From the NCBI GenBank assembly GCA_030390025.1, contig CM059430.1, positions 33,790,001-33,854,000 of the forward strand: a DNA stretch of 64,000 bases, written 5' to 3'. Shown piece after piece: positions 60,601 through 64,000 of the stretch. Each line of letters opens with the position of its first letter. Within the stretch, counting starts at the first letter, position 1. This DNA comes from Squalus acanthias. Its lineage: Eukaryota. A program made the position numbers and the translations under genes. The notes under the pieces were generated by a model. That model was not told the origin of the DNA. It did not search any database and worked only from the letters and a program-made list of their open reading frames with translations.

Positions 60601-62079
60601 TTAAACCGTAGCACTTAAAAATTGTGATTTGTCACTCAAAAGAGTTACACTATTACACTTCCCTCCAGACAAGGACAGAATTAATACAGAGATTGGGCTA
60701 TATCTGCCCAGCACTTGCTTAAGATAACCACTGTGAACCAATACTGATAAAATTAAATACTGTAGAAATGCAGTTTGTTCAAGTGCTCAATACAGTAAGT
60801 GATCAATAAGAATTTTCAAAGTTACAAGTGAATGCCACTACCACGAGTTTGAATACGATTTACTCGTGTATAATTACCACCAACCTCCAATCAAGTAGTT
60901 TATTTTCTCATTTATAACGCTTCCATTTAAAAAAAATTCAATTTTTCTGCATTCTCAGCTTCATATGATCTCCAGCTAGGACAGCAGGCCAGACTGTGGA
61001 TTTCACCATATTCACCAATTCAGCTCAGAATCTCGGAGATGGTACCCGTCACTAACCTGAGGTGTTGTATCATGTGAAGTTCTATGAAACTCAAAAGACT
61101 GACTTGACAGTTGAAATTGGGATCCAAAACTGGACACTAAACAGGACTCCAATAATCTGTTGCACAATGTGTGTCTTCTTTTGAAATAGAAATTTTGGAA
61201 AGAATACACAAGTTTCTTGTGCATCATTTCTCTGGATTTTTTTATTCTGCAACTGTACGATACAGAAAACCAGCATCAGTAAAAAAACAAGTCTCAACAC
61301 AGACACAACCAGCCTACCTTTGTTGTTCTGGCTTGAGCTCAAATATCCTCAATTCCCGCCTCTCTTTAGCAGACAGACACTTTGTTTTTCTCCTCTTTTC
61401 TTTCTTGCGCTTCTTTAAGAAATGCTTGAGGATAACAGCCTTTCTGTTCAAATGTGTCTGAATCTGCTCAGTGCCCAACCGTGGTAAGCTGCGCTTGAGA
61501 AAGGCATTGACAAATGCGCCAGCCTCTTTGGATCCCAGAGGCTGTCGGAAGGAATTTAGGAATTATTTGAAAATTGCAGACAACTTTTCATTCGGTTGAC
61601 AACTGCACTCCCCAAACAAATGACATTAGACTTTAGCCACTATTCATACTGCACTGAGCACAAAATTATTCCCGTTTTAAATCCATAATTGCAAATAAAT
61701 TGGTACAAAATTACATAATTCTCATGTATTAGTGTGTACGTATATACAAAATACAAAGCACAGAGGCATAAACAAAAAAACTTAAGCATTACACCTGGCC
61801 AATCAATACAACGTGGAAATAAGGAGAACATTATTTCCAAATATAGTAACATTTAAGGTCAGTTGTATGATATATTCACTATGAATGTGCTTTCACTAAA
61901 AACAGTACAACTCACGTTGTGTTCAAGCTCTCTTACACAGACAGTGCTACATAATCTAACCGTGCTGTTCTCAGGACTGCCAGCACAGAAACACCAGAGG
62001 GCAGCAGTGACCATAAAGTAGCGTACCTGAATGTCCAAGTGGTCTGTCTCTTTCACAGAAATCGTGCTGTAAACAATAT
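45619..62079 (-). CDS. POP4: Ribonuclease P/MRP protein subunit p29 (coding exons 2-7; exon 1 not found in window)
   Basis: Exons 62079-62027 ([17 protein letters not shown]), 61541-61318 ([18 protein letters not shown]...[15 protein letters not shown]), 57509-57432 ([19 protein letters not shown]), 48279-48218 ([10 protein letters not shown]), 47123-47022 ([18 protein letters not shown]), 45755-45619 (IPK...[26 protein letters not shown]). All GT-AG and in phase; recognisable vertebrate POP4 sequence. Confidence 0.96.
47660..48070 (-). mobile_element. CR1 LINE 3' fragment
   Basis: ORF 47777..48106 [15 protein letters not shown]...TRGH...WNALP. Confidence 0.88.
49340..49803 (+). mobile_element. 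tRNA-headed SINE sharing both ends with the LINE at 31802-34642
   Basis: 5' ggtagcatagtggttatgttactggact and 3' accacacggactgcagc...gggcaataaatgc match the LINE termini. Confidence 0.82.
50770..54272 (-). mobile_element. Second long copy of the tRNA-headed LINE, with a nested Penelope fragment
   Basis: ORFs 51977..52525, 52880..53107, 51556..51798; tRNA-like head at 54210-54272. Confidence 0.88.
53535..54207 (+). mobile_element. Penelope fragment with an inverted 5' segment
   Basis: 53535-53670 is antisense GIY-YIG sequence; 53675-54207 is the sense GIY-YIG end plus terminus. Confidence 0.85.
54280..55297 (+). mobile_element. Decayed L2 LINE 3' portion
   Basis: Homologous to the reverse complement of 40183-41215; tail gctatataaatgcaagttgttg. 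Confidence 0.85.
57726..60588 (+). mobile_element. CR1/HER1 LINE: short 3' copy in tandem with a longer frameshifted ORF2 copy
   Basis: ORFs 58208..60496 cover APE-RT ([35 protein letters not shown]); 57726-58110 nearly duplicates 60213-60588. Confidence 0.93.
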
Positions 62080-63577
62080 CTTCAACAGGGAGACAAAGAA
62101 CCTCAGTTAAACTGGGCAAAAAAATGGCAGCGGGAATAAAACAAGATAGTCGGTTCTACTATTTTATGCTAAGCTCAGAGTTATTTCAGATAGAAATACA
62201 AATCATACAAAATGCAAGCCGCACATTTATCGCATTAATCAAAGATATTCTGCCAGAATATATGGCAAATGCGGTCTGCAGTGTAGGAACATATAAATAA
62301 AACATTACTGAAGTTACAAAACAAGACCGTGCTTCCTATAAAGATCAGAGGTACATTGACTGAAATTCATGGACAAGATAACAAATTTGTTGGGTTGGCA
62401 ATAAATATTTTCCATTCCCTCCACCCTTGCCAAACCAAGCAAAGATGCTTAACTCAGCACAGATCAGGGACTGAACCTGGACATGTTTTGATGTTTGACT
62501 TAGTATCACATTGGGCAGTAAATGCACCAGCTGAGTCATCGGGAAGATTTGATTGCATTTCTAAGCAAGATTTATGACATTTTCTAGTGCTTGAGGCTAA
62601 GTAAAGTAAAATAAAGTAACACATTTGTGTGCACCAAACCACACTGAAACCTTTTTTGTAGATGGGGGTGGGGGGAAGAGGAGGAGGAGATTAACCACAG
62701 ACCTGCATTTAAACCCACGGCAACATCTCTGACAAGTTACATACTTTAACATTTTTATATGCCTTTTGCCAAAATGGATTTAAAAAAAATCCCACCAAAT
62801 TCAGGTGATATTTGATTTCCTTGGTGGGTCTGCATTTGACTGTTCTTTGAACAAGTCTCTTTGAAGCTTTCACTTCAGTCATCTGCCTAGAACATTTATT
62901 TGTTTTGCTTAAATTGTACAATTCGCAAAACACATCAAGTCAACTGATTCACAAAGCACAGCAAACAACTCCTTCAACGCTCTGCTGGACTATTTGAGCA
63001 AAACAAAAATCAATTCAAAGCTAAGGAGAGCAATTTAAAGCCTAATTTTATTGCCCAACAGGTTTGTCATCAAATAAAAGTGTAAAGCACGAATTACAGA
63101 AAATAATTCCAGATAAATTCATTGGCTTTTTGTCCAGATTCAATCTATGGCTACATCGATCACTGACTGGACAGAGCCAAAGGGCCCACAAGCATTTGAA
63201 GAATTTGAGACTTTATTAGACCAGCCAGATCTAAACCAGCTCAATTAAAAAAGTATGAAACAATAAGTGCTACACTTATTAGAACGAAGCACAACAGCAA
63301 TATTTACTACGTGGCTGCAGATGTAAGTTGTACCAATCACTTTTAAAATAGTCTGTCAAACAACTTGATTAGAGAATTCTAGGAAAATAATTTTTTTAAA
63401 TAATGTATTTAATGCATTCATGAGGCTAGGTACTCCAACCAATCAAAATCATAGAAAATCTGTTTGGGGGGAAAGGATAAAGAGAAGGGAAGAAAAATCA
63501 GATGAGCTGTTTAAAAAAATATACACCATGAAGACAAGTAGATTATTCACATTACATCATATGAATATGCATCAAAT

Positions 63578-64000
63578 ATGTGATGGAATACTCTCCACTT
63601 GCCTGGATGAGTGCAGCTCCAACAACACTCAAGAAGCTCGACACCATCCAGGACAAAGCAGCCCGCTTGATTGGCGCCCCATCCACCACCTTAAACATTC
63701 ACTCCCTCCGCCACCGGCGCACCATGGACCAACTACAAGATGCACTGCAGCAACTCGCCAAGGCTTCTTTGGCAACAACTCCCAAACCCGCGACCACTTC
63801 CATCTAGAAGGACAAGGGCAGCAAGCGCATGGGAACATCACCACCTCCAAGTTCCCCTCCAAGTCACACACCATCCTGACTTGGAAATATATCACCGATC
63901 CTTCATCGTCGCTGGGTCAAAATCCTGGAACTCCCTACCTAACAGCACTGTGGGAGTACCTTCACCACACGGACTGCAGCGGTTCAAGAAGGCGTCTCAC
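63578..64000 (+). mobile_element. 3' fragment of the tRNA-headed LINE family, running off the window end
   Basis: ORF 63580..63807 [20 protein letters not shown]. Confidence 0.88.

Noticed and set aside
1-64000. CRISPR arrays, prokaryotic operons, rRNA
   Set aside because: The sequence is vertebrate with spliceosomal introns; no regularly spaced repeat-spacer array or rRNA similarity was seen

Overview
Eukaryotic, repeat-rich DNA, most likely from a shark or other elasmobranch (HE1-type SINEs, HER1/CR1, L2 and Penelope elements). Two spliced genes can be rebuilt by hand, both on the minus strand. (1) POP4 (RNase P/MRP subunit p29): coding exons 2-7 at 62079-45619; the short first exon was not found and probably lies beyond the window. 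(2) About 6 kb downstream, a 12-exon, phase-consistent ORF of about 1261 aa (39582-3370) with the architecture signal peptide - IgV - IgC1 - degenerate IgC1 - CARD - NACHT - LRRs. This looks like a B7-H6/tapasin-like Ig module spliced in frame to a complete NOD1/NOD2-type NLR, with no transmembrane exon that I can find. A triple IRF/ISRE motif lies upstream of its start codon and an NF-kB site lies at the start of intron 1. This Ig-NLR chimera is the main candidate for an undescribed system. The splicing is inferred from canonical splice sites and reading-frame phases only, with no transcript evidence. The rest of the window is mostly nested LINEs, SINEs, MITEs and Penelope elements carrying hammerhead-like motifs.
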